This document shows, piece after piece, positions 25,521 to 38,068 of a stretch of DNA of 64,000 bases. Under the pieces are notes generated by a model. The model had not been told where the DNA came from. It did no database searches and worked only from the letters and a program-made list of their open reading frames with translations. Origin of the DNA: Raja brachyura (Eukaryota); NCBI GenBank assembly GCA_963514005.1, contig OY740821.1:13144001-13208000 (forward strand), given 5' to 3'. Within the stretch, counting starts at the first letter, position 1; each line of letters starts with the position of its first letter. A program made the translations under genes and the position numbers.

Positions 25521-28500
25521 TGGACAGGGAATGTTTTGGATCCATTCAAAATGTTGTCTGTCCATTCTTTCCACAGATGCTGCCTGACCCATTGAGTTCC
25601 ACCAGCACCAATTTGTTATAGGCTAGCCTAAACCTGCCTTCACCTATTAGTCACTCGATTTCCAGTATGGAGCAGAAACCCTGGCCAATTTGAACACACT
25701 TCAAGGCCTTTGGTACATTGGCTGAAGCCAATTGGGGACCCCTAACTGTACGCTTTGCAAACGCAACTGGCCCTGGCAACTCCTCGTCACAGTAACTTCT
25801 GGTACATTTCTCGATAGATCATCAGGGAATTGCGTTGCTCCAGAACCTTTGACTTCCTTTTCTGAATATCTCAAACCCCGTTACACCCAGTGAAGTGTAG
25901 TCACCCTTGTAATGGTGGAGGGAAACATGACACACCACAAGATCCCACAAACACAAATGTGATTACAACCTGATGATTTGTTTTATGACTAATAAATATT
26001 TGGCAGGAATAAAAACAGAACATGCTGGAGGCAATCAGCAGATCAGGCAGCGTCCATGCAAAGAGAAAGAGTTAACTTTCAGTCCAGTCCGAATGAATGG
26101 TTTCTCTTTCCACAGGTGCTGCCTGACCTGCTGAGCATTTCCAACTTATTCTGATTTCCAATGTCAGATTTCCAGGATCTGATTACTTAATAAATGAAAC
26201 CTCCGCCCCTAAAGCATTTTGGTTGATATTAAAACAAACGTTTCTATCAAGTGCTTGACAATCACATGCCTGTTCATCACGATCACGCTCTTGTGAAGGT
26301 TAAGTGCTTGCTGGGTTTCTAAATTAATGCCATTTACAGGATATCACAGTCAACTCTGCTAAGTCTCTCCGGCATGTCAGAAGTCGAGCTCAGCTCCCAT
26401 TAATGAGAGCGGCGAAACTGGGGTTTATTAGAGGCGCTTGAAAAATCTGTAAAATAGCACCTTATGTAAAAGAGCAACGCCCAGTCAGATTGGTCTCCAA
26501 CTGATTCACACAGACACACCCTGGGCACAAATATTTCAATCCAGTTCTGCAGGTACTTTAACTCTTTGAGGTCTGGCCCGCTCATCTCACCAGAGCAGGA
26601 GAAGGAAGTAGACCATCAGTTTGCTGCACGCCAACCTCACTGTTTAGCACAGAGTAAACAGACAGAGGCGTGTTGGACAGACAGATTGGAAAGACCCAGC
26701 TTAATTTTCTGTACTGCACCAGGATGTTTGAACTCAGGGCTGTTGCAATTGGCATTTTGGACCCTGGACTAGAAGGAGAGGCTCACTGGCATTGCTTCCA
26801 CATTGCCTTTGTGATGTTCCAGAGCACCTGACAGCCAAAATAGTATTTTTAAGTGTTGACCCCAATCAAACCATGTCCCAAACTTATGCACAACAAGATC
26901 CCCCAAACATCAGAGAATTTCCTGACCTTCCACTTACAGTGATGGTTTTGATACTATTGGGCCCCAATATTCCCAAGAAAAATCTTCTTCACAGTGGAAA
27001 GAGGGAGGGAAATTCCATATAATATGATTCCCTGTCATACGCAGGATATTTGTCCTGCATTTTTTTTTTTGCCCCCGCAGGAGCTACCAGACACAACATT
27101 GAATTGCTTTTAGCAGGCGTCTGTTGCAGGACTGTGTGAAGGGGAAAGAATCTCACCAATCTCTGGTTTAATTTAAGGCATGTTAATGTTGGAACTGCAT
27201 TCTGAACTCCAGTGCTCACAGTCCAAGTTAAATAGCACGAATTCACTTTAACGTTATCTGTGCCTCAGGCTTTCCAAAAATTCTTGGTGGGTAAACGTGT
27301 CAGGGCTTCATGGTCTATAAACATAAACATTTTAACCAGCGATGCAAAAACAAATGTATGGCAACAAACAGCCTCTGTGCTTTTTCACATATTTCACCAC
27401 GGCAACATTTGTCGATGAACTTCGGTAAAATTAGACAGCATGTTTACGCCAGTTACTGTGCCGAACACCGGGTCGCTTCGCATTTGGATAAAGATTAAAT
27501 GACAGGAACAGAATGATGAAGGAGCAGATTGAAGCGTGGTCAGGGAAGCCACGTAACGCGTCTGCAATCGCCCCTTTTCCTTGGCCCTGGTTCGTGAAAA
27601 TAAAGACCTGCATTTGCATAGCGCCTTTTGCATCCCTTCCAAGAAATCCCCAAGTGCTTCATAGCCAATGGAATACTTTTAAAGCGAATTAACCTGCCCA
27701 GCAAGCTCCCTCAATCGCCAATGCAACAATGACCGGTGAATGAATCAGGAGGCTTTCCCTCTTAAAATAGTGCGTCCAGCCAAGAGAGCGGACGTGGCCT
27801 CGGTTTAACGAAAGACAGCCTCATCTCGGCACCAAATTCGAGTAACTCGACTTGCATCGAGCTGAACATCGGACTCAGGACAGTGGGTTTGGAAGATCCA
27901 AATGGCGTCGGGTCTTGGAGGCTGGGAATGGGCTCGGCTGCCAAGCAGAATCTGCTTGCTTGGGGGGTTGTGTTAAACACCCGGCTGCTCACTGGACACA
28001 CGGGACAGGGTCGTGTATCTTTGTGTGGCTCAGCACCTTTGGAGGGGGAAGAGAAACTGAATATTTTTTTTGGAAAAGCAAGTCAGACTTGCTCTTCCAA
28101 CGAGATTGTTTCATTCTCACTGGCACCGAACGACACGTACAGCTGCAAGAAGAGTCCAAGTTACAGCCAAAACAAATTAGCGCTGTTCCACTTACAAGAA
28201 CAAGTAGAAAATGGGAAAATAATCGCAGGTGCTTTTGTCTGTGCAAGGTTTGTGTTTTCAAGCGTTAGTTGGAATGCTCATGACTATTCATTCATGGGGC
28301 ATCAAAGCAGCTTTTAGAATTTCATTCAGGTGGTAGAAAAGCACCAAGACTAGTGCCAAAGCACCCTGAGTAAACGAGGACTGATGTTCGTGCTTTCATT
28401 AACAGACTTTGCCCCCCCCCCCCCCCCATACAAATCAGTTATTGGAATTAAAAATACAAAACAAGGCCATTCAGTCCATCGTTGGCCATGCTGGAGAAAA

Positions 28501-28644
28501 ACAGACTGCAGATCAATCCCACATAAGTCTGAAGAATGGTCCCGACCCGAAACATCACTCATCCCTTTTCTCCAGAGATGCTGCCTGGCCCACTGAGTTA
28601 CTCCAGCACTTTTTGTTTCTCTCCACTTCTGTTTTAGTTTCATT

Positions 28645-28919
28645 TAAACAGGTCCTTCAGCCCACCGAGTTCTTGCCGACCAACGGTCACCTGTGCACCA
28701 GCACTCTCCTACACACTGGGGACAATTTACAGAAGCCAATTAAACCTACAAAACTGTGCGTCTTTGGGATGTGGGAGGAAACCAGAGCACCCGGAGAAAA
28801 TCCACGCAGGTCACGGGGAGAAGGTACAAACTCTGTGCAGACAGCACCCATAGTCAGAATCGAGCCCAGGTCTCTGGCGCTGTGAGGCAGCAACTCTACC
28901 GCTGTGCCACCGTGCCACC
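28645..28919 (-). mobile_element. V-SINE (HE1-like), near full length
   Basis: Antisense tRNA head (ctctaccgctgtgccaccgtgccacc), V-domain gtgggaggaaaccagagcacccggagaaaa, and tail. Confidence 0.85.
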
Positions 28920-29509
28920 TACTTCTCAATATTGGAAAAGGCCCAGTGGGACCCATCGCAACACATCCCCTGATACAGTGTCAAAGGATTCAAGAGTAGG
29001 CAAATAACTGGGCACTTGTCCCAAGGCCACTCCACTATCAATGGGGTCAAGTCAGGAATGTTGGAGCAACCCTGAATTCGGTCCAAACATCCAGAACAGA
29101 GCACCTGCTAGTTCGGTGCTCCAAGTGCTGGAGTCCACATCCAGCTCTGGGACTGTGGTGTGCGCCATCTACAAGAAGCCCCACAGTGAGGTTAATCCCA
29201 TAGCATCTCCTGAATCCTGACGCCTGCTCCAGAGATAGGGCAGCAGCAGCAGCAGCAACGCATTCAGAAACATCTTCAGCTTCCCCAAAGCCCCATGGAT
29301 TCTGACCTAGCACATGGTGGAATTCTGGCTGAGTTCCGCAACCACTGAACTAGAAGTACAAATTTGATTCTCACCCCAGTAGCTCGATAATTTAAATTCA
29401 GTTCATAAAATAAATCTGAAATGTAAAAGAAACTGATATCAGCAGCAGTGACCAAAAACCAATGTGCCACTAGGACGTGTGACTGCATTGGCAGGTCAGA
29501 TTTGAAACA

Positions 29510-29792
29510 TTGAGTAGAGTTGCTGCTTTACAGCGCCAGAGACCTGGGTTCAATCCTGACCTCTTGAGCTGTCTGTGCCGAGTTTGCACGTTCTCCCTGT
29601 GACCGCGTGGGTTTCCCCTGCGTGCTCCGGATTCCCTTCCACATTCCCAAGATGTACAGGTTTGTAGGTTAATTGGCTACGGTAACATTTTACATTGTCC
29701 CTATTGTGTAGGATAGTATTAGTGCACTGGGAACACTGGTCGGCGCGGACTAAGTGGGCCGAAAGGTCTGTTTTCGCGCAGTATCTCTAAAC
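29510..29792 (+). mobile_element. V-SINE (HE1-like)
   Basis: gtagagttgctgctttacagcgccagagacctgggttcaatcc...gagtttgcacgttctccctgtgaccgcgtgggtttcc...gggccgaaaggtctgttt. Confidence 0.85.
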
Positions 29793-30819
29793 TTTTTTAA
29801 ATGGCATTAGTGCAATAAACTAATATTGAATCATTGGGATACTGTAAATAGATGCTTGTCTGCTGACAGTAACATAATGAGCCGAATGGCCTGTTTCCAT
29901 ATTGACTATCCCAACTATGGATGCACCAAATGCAGCCGTGGCATTCTCACAGTTGCAAGGTCTGGCACACCACTCACAGAAGGACCCGCCTCGTGCCACC
30001 CACTCCCGAACCTACTGGAGCACTTGGCTGGAACAAACTTTGATTTTTCTGTTCAAAAACACAAAAGACGGTCAACATAATGGGATTAAAACTAAAGTCT
30101 TAAACAAGCACTGTACAATTGTTTTGATCTCATGTTTTCTCACAATCTTAGCTTTGGACCCTGACCCAGTCCAAATAGCAGAGTGAGATCATGCTACAGT
30201 TACCACAGATAAAACTCAATCAATGGCATCAATGTTAGGCATGTTACCTTCAGACATTCGCAACCACAGATGAACCAGAATGGCCTTCTTGCACGCAACG
30301 GGCAGAATCCCAGGTCAAATATGGGTTGGATCCATTTGCCAAGAAGAAAAAGACTCGAGAAGCATCAATTCTTGGTGATATTAAGCAAGTTGGCCTCCAA
30401 ATGGCCCAGGGGGTGAAATACATTGTCCAAAGGAGCATGTGGCTGGAGATTGAGGCTGACTTTCACCCCCCGCCACCCCCTCCATCTCTGTATTCGCTGA
30501 TTCACAGGGCAGACAGGGAGCTTAAGTAGCCGACTGCAGGAAGGGAAAGACAACACCTCGTCTTTGATTCCTTGGAGTAAGGAGGAGAAAGGGAAACCAG
30601 TCACAAATCCTTCTACCCACCAGGATCAGGCATAAAGACTAGTCAAATGAGTGGGTGGGGGGGGGGGGGGGGGGGAAGAGATGGGAGCTCTGTGATGCCT
30701 AAGATCCCAAATTTGCGCTGTGGAAGTTGGGGCACCGTCATGTCGGAAACAGGTGGAGGAAGCAGTGTGGCCCCTTGCCCCTGCTCTGCCATCCCATGGT
30801 AGAGGCATCTGCAACCAGA

Positions 30820-31150
30820 GGGCCTAGGTTTAAGGTGAGGCGTTAAGGAGAGGATCTGAGGAAAGATTATTTTCATGCAGAGGGTGGTTGGAATCTGGAA
30901 CACATTGCCCGAGGGGGTGGTGGAGGCAAAGTCTCACTACGTTTAAGATGCATCTGGATAAGCACTTGAATCACCAAGTCATAGAAGGCTAAGGAACAAG
31001 TGTAGATGTGTACATAGAAACAGGGAACTACAGATGCTGGTTTATGCCAAGGATGTAAAAGAATGGGTGACGTTTTGGTTTGGGACTCTTCTTCAGACTG
31101 GATGGGTACTTAATGGGCAGGATGGGCCAGTTTCTGGGCTGCATGACTCT
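30820..31150 (+). mobile_element. CR1-type LINE 3' fragment with a pLTR-family insert (~31010-31100)
   Basis: aggtttaaggtgagg...aggaaagattattttcatgcagagggtggttggaatctggaacacattgcc. Confidence 0.65.
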
Positions 31151-31281
31151 GAGATCGAAGGCGTCGAGCCCGCTTTCCTGCCCATCTTCCTTTGTCCTCC
31201 AATTCACAACATCAAAAATCTATTGCAGCAGCCATGGATACATCTGGGATAGAATTCCAAAGATTCACACCTCACACAAAT

Positions 31282-31387
31282 ACACAATAATCATGTGTGT
31301 TGTCTTTCTGCTGACTGGATAGCACGCAACAAAGAGCGTTTCACTGTACTTCGGTACATGTGACAATAAATGAAACTGAACTGAACT
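31282..31387 (+). mobile_element. LINE 3' end (Rex1/Babar-like, tentative) with short tandem tail
   Basis: tttcactgtacttcggtacatgtgacaataaatgaaactgaactgaact; related copies antisense at ~32630 and 44881. Confidence 0.5.
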
Positions 31388-32799
31388 ACCAGCTTCACCG
31401 AAAGGAATTTCCCCCCATTTCAATCCTAAATGACTGCCCCCTTATCCCAAGACTAAGCTCGCCTCGCATTCTTCAGAATTGAAATGAATAAAGGCCAATT
31501 TCTCCCCATCCTTCAGGACAGGATCTGGGAGAAATCAGCCACTGCCTCCTTCTTCCAAAAGCTATTCTGTGCGTATACAAGGGGCAGGGCCGAAATTCAG
31601 TCGAAATCGTCAGTCAGCAACTCAAGCTTCAGAGTGGAAACCCTTGGAAGTGTGACCACTTCCCTCAGCAGAGCCACACACAGAGAAGATGGCAGAAGTG
31701 CAAAAGGGAGCACTGTTTGGTGCCTCGGGTCACAAGTGACTCCCGTCAATCTAAAAGAGATATGTAGGGAAGGTGCTGTGGTGAAGGAAATGGGCAACGT
31801 AGGTGTTGAGAGAAATGATCTCTGACTGTGGTCAGCACGGGAGCAAATCGACATCTACCAAACCTCAGAGTAGAATGTAAATAACAGGGTTATAGAACAT
31901 AGGACAGTATAGCACAGGAACAGCCCCTTCAGCTTACCATGTCCTGATGTCAAGTTATGCTAATCTCCTCTGCCTGCACTTGATCCATATCCTTCCATTT
32001 CCTGCCTATCCATGTGTCCATCTAAAGTCTCTGTAATGCCACTATCAATGTTCACCTGCATTAATTCCTCTATTTTTCCTTCTCATGCAATTTGCGCTCA
32101 CGGGTGTGGATTTGATTCTGGCTACACTTGGCTTGCAAATCGGTTTCTCATGCCCCAGTCAAGTTATCTGCAGCTGAAAGGCCAGATAGCCTTGGCTCGG
32201 TTCACGGCTCTATGTGGCTGTCTTTGTTGGCTGTACATTTGTTCCTCGCTCTTGTTTACCTTCTCAGTAATGATGTAGATAAACAGATTAGTGCAATGAT
32301 TCAGCTCACACACATTCAGGTGCAGATTCCCAAACTGAGAGCCCTCTTTACATGGAGTTACATCTGGATTTGCAAATGCCTCTCATTCAATCTTACATTT
32401 AGATTAGAGATATAGGATGGAAACAGGCCCTTCGGCCCATCGGGTCCACAATGACCAAACTGGTTCTGTGTTATCTTAAAAACTCATATTTCAAGGAATT
32501 GCCCATAATAGTCCAAATCTTTCATCAAACTGTTAGAAAAACCTCTCCCTTTTCATTGTGAAAGAGCAAGTAAACTATACAAATGGTAACTGATGAATGT
32601 GGGAGCTATAGTGAACCATGGTCTTGATTCATTATTGTCACATGCACTGAGATACAGTGACAAATGTGCAATTCAGGCAAATCACAATCCTTGCACACCA
32701 AAATAACAGATAGTTAGTGAGTTAAATGTAGATAACTAAGGCAAGCAGAAACAAAAGGCAAACAGCAATGGAGGTCAAAGTACAGGAAACTATTGAGAG

Positions 32800-33110
32800 C
32801 AGCAAACTTAAAGTGTTGTATTACAAATGTCTGCAGCATTCGCAATAAGGTCGATTAATTATCTCGGTTCGGCAGACATGATGTGGAATTAGAATTCGGT
32901 TAGGGTGGAGCTCAGAAACAATAGCAGAAAATACTGGTAGGCGCTATTTATGAACCACCAAATTGTAGTGGTGATATTGGGCAGGACAATAAATCAGGAA
33001 ATTAGGAGGTGCATGTAACAGAGGTGATAGATTAATCATAGAGGTTTTTAATCTACATTTAAATTGGACAAGTCAAATTATGGTTAAAAAATGGAGGATG
33101 GTTTTCTTAG
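32800..33110 (+). mobile_element. CR1 ORF2 endonuclease-region remnant
   Basis: Degenerate TN...SIRNKV, ..VELRN and ..YEPPN motifs typical of the CR1 APE domain. Confidence 0.5.
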
Positions 33111-33474
33111 ATTCAGATTAAGATTAATTTTTTGTTAAATATACCAGGGTGCAACAAAATTCCTTTTTTGCATGAGGTTCAGAGTAAACAGGTAAAGATA
33201 GAGACAACAATAAATACAACATCAAATGCAAAACAGCAGAATTGTGCAAGACAGCATTTCAATCTGGATAGTGTAAAACATTGACTGAATCGCAATAATG
33301 AAATAGCTGAATGGGGTAGAAACATAGAAAACAGGTGCATGAGTAGGCCATTCAGCCCTTTGAGCCAGCACCGCCATTCAATATGATCATGGCTGATCAT
33401 CAAAAATCATTCCCCCATTCCTGCTTTTTCCCCATATCCCTTGATTCCCTGAGGCCCAAGAGCTAAATCTAACG

Positions 33475-33602
33475 TTTAGGAAGGAACTGCAGATGCTGGA
33501 AAATCGAAGGTAGACAATGCTGGAGAAACTCAGCGGTGAGGCAGCATCTATGGAGTGAAGGAAATAGGCAACGCTACCTATTCTCCAGCATTTTTGTCTA
33601 GA
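33475..33602. mobile_element. pLTR-derived element with TSD, inserted in a CR1 3' end (33319-33620, minus strand)
   Basis: Direct repeat taaatctaacg at 33464-33474 and 33603-33613. Confidence 0.75.
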
Positions 33603-34205
33603 TAAATCTAACGCTCTGTTGAAAACTCCAACTCTCTCTTGAAAGTTAAAAGAAAGGGAGAAAGAGCAAGGGGGGGGGGGGGGGGAGAGAGAAAGCGAGG
33701 CAGAGGGAGGAAAAGGAGATTGCAGTATTTGTTTGGTGCCTCCAGAACACTTGGCACTGTGAATGCAGTTGAACAAAAAGCAAGCCTACCCACATTCCTG
33801 CTTGCTTACACCGAGTGCCATGTGATGTGAAAGAGATGCTCAGTGATATTGCTCAGTTGTTTTGCTGGATAGTAGCGGATCATTCCCCAGGAGGTGAATA
33901 GGTAAGATGCGGGAGGAGTAGGGTGTAACATACATGGTCGAGCAGGTTTGAAGGGAGCCAACTAGTCCATAAATCTCACAATTGCGACCAGTTGTTACTG
34001 ACTAAAGTGGGAACAAGTTCCATCCACAAAGCACCTTTGCAGAGGGACATGTCCCAGCACACTTCACAGAAGCCTAACTGTCCAGGAGTAATTGGGTGGT
34101 TGGTTCCATGCAGACTCTGAAGAGGAAAAGAGTTGGAGCGGAACAGAGGTTTTGACGGAGAGAAGTCTGGAAAGTCATTGGGAGACCAAAGTTAAACAAA
34201 TGTAG

Positions 34206-34295
34206 AAGGAGGAACTACTTCTGAAACGTTGCCAATTTCCTTCGCTCCATAGATGCTGCCTCACCCGCTGAGTTTCTCCAGCATTTTTGTCTACC
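34206..34295 (+). mobile_element. pLTR-derived short element with TSD
   Basis: Direct repeat ttaaacaaatgtag at 34192-34205 and 34296-34309. Confidence 0.75.
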
Positions 34296-35498
34296 TTAAA
34301 CAAATGTAGTGCTGGTTACAAATACAGGACACGAGGGGCCACACGAGCATCGAAACATACATTTTATAATGGAAGCATCAAGACTGAGTGGGACAATGTC
34401 TGCGGAACGGGAGCACTCGAGCCCAGAGATAGCAGATGAAGTTTACAGCAACAAGTAAGCGGGTGGAGCAGAGGCAAACGAATGAATGGTTTCAATCTCC
34501 GTGACTCCTATGCATTTATTCCTGGCAGCGAGGATGGAAGGGACACGGGGAATGGATTTAGTTTGCAATGCCGAAAAGAAGCCACGGATACTGAAAGAAA
34601 AATATATTACCAGGCAGGAAAATTCCAAGTGGAAACTTTTACTTTATTTCCAGAGACAGAGCTAGCAGTGTAACTGGGACGGCGGCTGTTGATACATGCA
34701 GCAGAAAGGAACAGGGCCGCTGAGAAATGGTTAAAACCACAAATCTCTGCAATCTGTAACAAGCAAATCAGAATCTACTGATCCATTGTACAAGGGACTG
34801 TTCGCCTTTTTGGCAGCGACATGTAAATCAGTAAAGCCTCCAGCGATCAATGCAGATTAAAAATAATGGGAGTGATTGACATTCTTGGGCGGGGGGCAAA
34901 GGGGATGACAGAGTTAAAAGACACAATAAATGAATAACTGATCTTTAAACATGAGTATTCCAATAGGCTTAGTGCTGCAAGATTTGCATTTATATAGCGT
35001 CTGATCACGCAAGGTTAATGACTCGCAAGTGCCAAACACAGAGGAGGCGATTTGCAAACACCAGCCTCTCTCTTGCAATGAAGAGAATGTCCAAACAACC
35101 TACAGCTGCTTTGACAACTTGTAAATTAAACTCTGGAGCTGGGTAACTCCAGCTCCTGGCGCGCAGGATTCCAGACAGCCGGAAAGTAATTGTGCTGAAA
35201 TTCACTTGGAGGATCAGAGTGTAGTTTTTGGAAGCTCCTCAGCCCCTCTCTCTATTCATTCAGCCTTCTGCGGCGGATTGAACAAACCCGACTTCCCTTT
35301 CCCCAGTGAGACCACAGTCTGGTGAAGGTCAGGGACCGAGTCACTGGCATAAAGTAGAACATTGCTGGTGGCATGCGAACGTGACTCTGAAAAAATACAC
35401 CCCGACCAGGGGAATCGTGGCATGCGAAACTACCGAGTGATTTCGAGCAAACAGTCACAGAGGAACGAGGGGGTAATTTCAGTCAGAATAAATCTCCT

Positions 35499-35684
35499 GG
35501 GTAGACAAAAGTGCTGGAGAAACTCAGCGGGTGCAGCAGCATCTATGGAGCGAAGGAAATAGGCAACGTTTCGGGACGAAACGTTGCCTATTTCCTTCGC
35601 TCCATAGATGCTGCTGCACCCGCTGAGTTTCCCCAGCACTTTTGTCTACCTTCGATTTTCCAGCATCTGCAGTTCCTTCTTAAA
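35499..35684. mobile_element. pLTR-derived near-perfect fold-back element with 15-bp TSD
   Basis: 74-bp arms 35500-35573 / 35577-35650 (1 mismatch, 3-nt loop); TSD cagaataaatctcct at 35484-35498 / 35685-35699. Confidence 0.9.
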
Positions 35685-36447
35685 CAGAATAAATCTCCTC
35701 TTCACCATCCTCAAAACAAGTCCATCACTGAATTAAGATGCTCCGAAATTCTCCCTATGACTCTCATTTCAACCCCCAGCTTCTGGTATCTGCTCATGTG
35801 GCAAAGTTAACCCCGTTTCAAACTTTAGGGACGGGTTAGGGAAATGAAACCTTCAAACAACGTGGGGGCTTACTGGGACCCATCACGTTTGACGTTCCCC
35901 TCAGTCAAAGCTTACTGCAGTTCTGTCAGTGGGTAAAACAAGACTAAATATTAGCGGAAAGTCTTGTAGTTTGCAGAGTCTGGCTGTGATTTCCGATATT
36001 GATATCACGCCCCAAGTTTGCTCTCCAAACAAACCAAGGCGGCAAAAAGAAAGTTCGCGGGGACGTGCGGACGCTGTCCTGGGCTCGGTGCTTGCTCACG
36101 CATGCACTTTCCGCTCGAACTCGCTGACCTGATTTTTTACATTTCTGTTAACGTGTTCAGTGCCAAGCGAGTCAGCTTCTCGCAACCTGAACCACTCCCA
36201 TTGAGCAACCTCACTTTATCGCCCGTCTTACGCAAAGAAACTAGAAACAAACAAGCTTTTATAGCTCTCCGTTTCCGTCTTGAAATGGGGGGAGGTTGTC
36301 ACCGGAGGGTTTCACTTCGGCCTCCAAGAGAAGAAATGGTATTCATTACCCACAAGAAGTACTAAATTAGTTTGAGATAAAGTTTTACACAAATTATAGA
36401 CAACTTTTGTAACTTAAGACAGACCAAGAAAGATCAAGCCACCTTAC

Positions 36448-36514
36448 CTGACTGAGAGGCAACACCACGTAGAACCCAGAGCAAGTATATGCTCAACACC
36501 TGCACAATGTCCAT
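36448..36514 (-). CDS. ERBB3: Probable ERBB3 (ErbB-family receptor) coding exon 1, signal peptide
   Basis: aagATGG Kozak context; MDIVQVLSIYLLWVLRGVASQS plus phase-1 donor G|GTAAGG. Resembles ERBB3 exon 1 (..LQVL..L..RG...SQA|V) and ERBB4 (SQS|V). Lies downstream of RPS26 on the same strand, as human ERBB3 does. Exon 2 was not found in the window. Confidence 0.65.
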
Positions 36515-37000
36515 CTTCTCCTTTCCAGATTGGCTTCGTATCCTTGAGTCACCTCTATGAAATTAGCTCCATGACTTGTACTTTTTAAAATTAAATAAAA
36601 CCCACGAGTGTTAAATCGTTTGGAAAGTTGAGAATGTTTTCAGTCAAACTTTCTGATTGCTAGGCGAGTTGTTGCTCTGCGCTCCGCTCTCGGCAGTTTC
36701 TCGCTGATATGACACATGGGGTTGGCTCCACCTTCTGAAGCCAAATCACATCATCAGGAAGGTGAGAAGCCACACTGCAAAGATGCACGCTGCGTTCTTC
36801 TTTGAACACATTTAAGGAACCGAACATAAACCAGATTGTGTTTAAAGTATGAGTTTGGTGACATTATAAAACAACGTGTGTGTTTGTGAAATCCCACTTT
36901 GCCAAAGTTGAGCCGTACAGTTTATTAGCCACCTCACAGACCATCTCGTGCCTGGGCGGAGTTACAGCAATCGTGAGCGCAAGACGCTAATAACACACTT
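36515..37000 (-). promoter_or_regulatory. Putative ERBB3 5' UTR/proximal promoter
   Basis: Repeat-free with locally raised CpG (35950-37000); AP-1 TGAGTCA at 36545-36551. TSS not determinable. Confidence 0.4.
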
Positions 37001-37285
37001 TGGTATTGCAAATTGTATGAAATACGTGCCAATCAATAATATACTTTGAAAAGTTTTCGTTTTTCCCAAAATCTAAAATAGAAGTAAATCATTTATATAA
37101 ATGGGCTATTTTTAAAACGCTGTTAACACCGTCATTTCAAATCTTCCTGCTAACCTTTCGTTGTTCCCATTTTGTCCAAAAGGTGTTGTTTCAAACCGGA
37201 TTACTTAATCTTATAAAATCGAGGAACCTGTTATGCCTTGTCCACCCACCCCCTCTCTTCCATCTTTCTCTTCCTCACTCCCTCC

Positions 37286-37309
37286 CTCTCTCTCTCTCTC
37301 TCTCTCTCT
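37286..37309. repeat. (CT)n microsatellite within a pLTR-family copy
   Basis: Direct inspection. Confidence 0.9.
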
Positions 37310-38068
37310 ACAATCAGTTTGAACAAGAGTCTCGATCCGAAACGTCACCTATCCATGTTCTCCAGAGATGCTGCCTGACCTGCTAATCCAACACATTGTG
37401 TCTTGCTTTACTTAATCTTATGATCTTTGGTACTGTCTCACGTTCAATTGAACCTGTCCTCATACATACACACGCACGCACATACCAGGAGGGGGCAGTA
37501 GACAGGGGTCGCGAATGCCAATTAATTTTATACCCACCTTAACTGAGGTGTATGAAGACAGGAGGGGGTGAAAGCTGTGTTTGCTCCATCATACTTCAGC
37601 TAATGTCAGTCAGCCAAGGACCAAAGATGAATCTTCCATATTTTGCATAGTTTAAACAGTTCCACAAATATTATCTTTTCACCCAATTAAGAGAAAGCAC
37701 GTTAACAGGCTGTGGATTTCTGCCCTTATACACTAGCTTTCAGATATGGGTCACAAAATCAAGGGCTGAAGTGTGTTTATTTCAATGCAAGGGGTGCTAT
37801 GGGTGAACTACAATGAGTGCATGGAACTACAATTGTAATTGTAATTCATTTATTAGCCAAGTATGTAAAAACATACAAATAATTTGATTTGCCATAATCA
37901 TACCAAAAAAGCAACAAGACACACAACATAAAAAATAACATAAACATCCGCCACAGCGCACTGCGATGGAAGGCAATAACGTGTTATCTCCTTCCCTCCT
38001 TTTCTCCCGCGGTCGAGGCAGTCGAACCATCCGCAGTCGAGGCGATCGAAGCTCCCGCAGCCGTTGCA

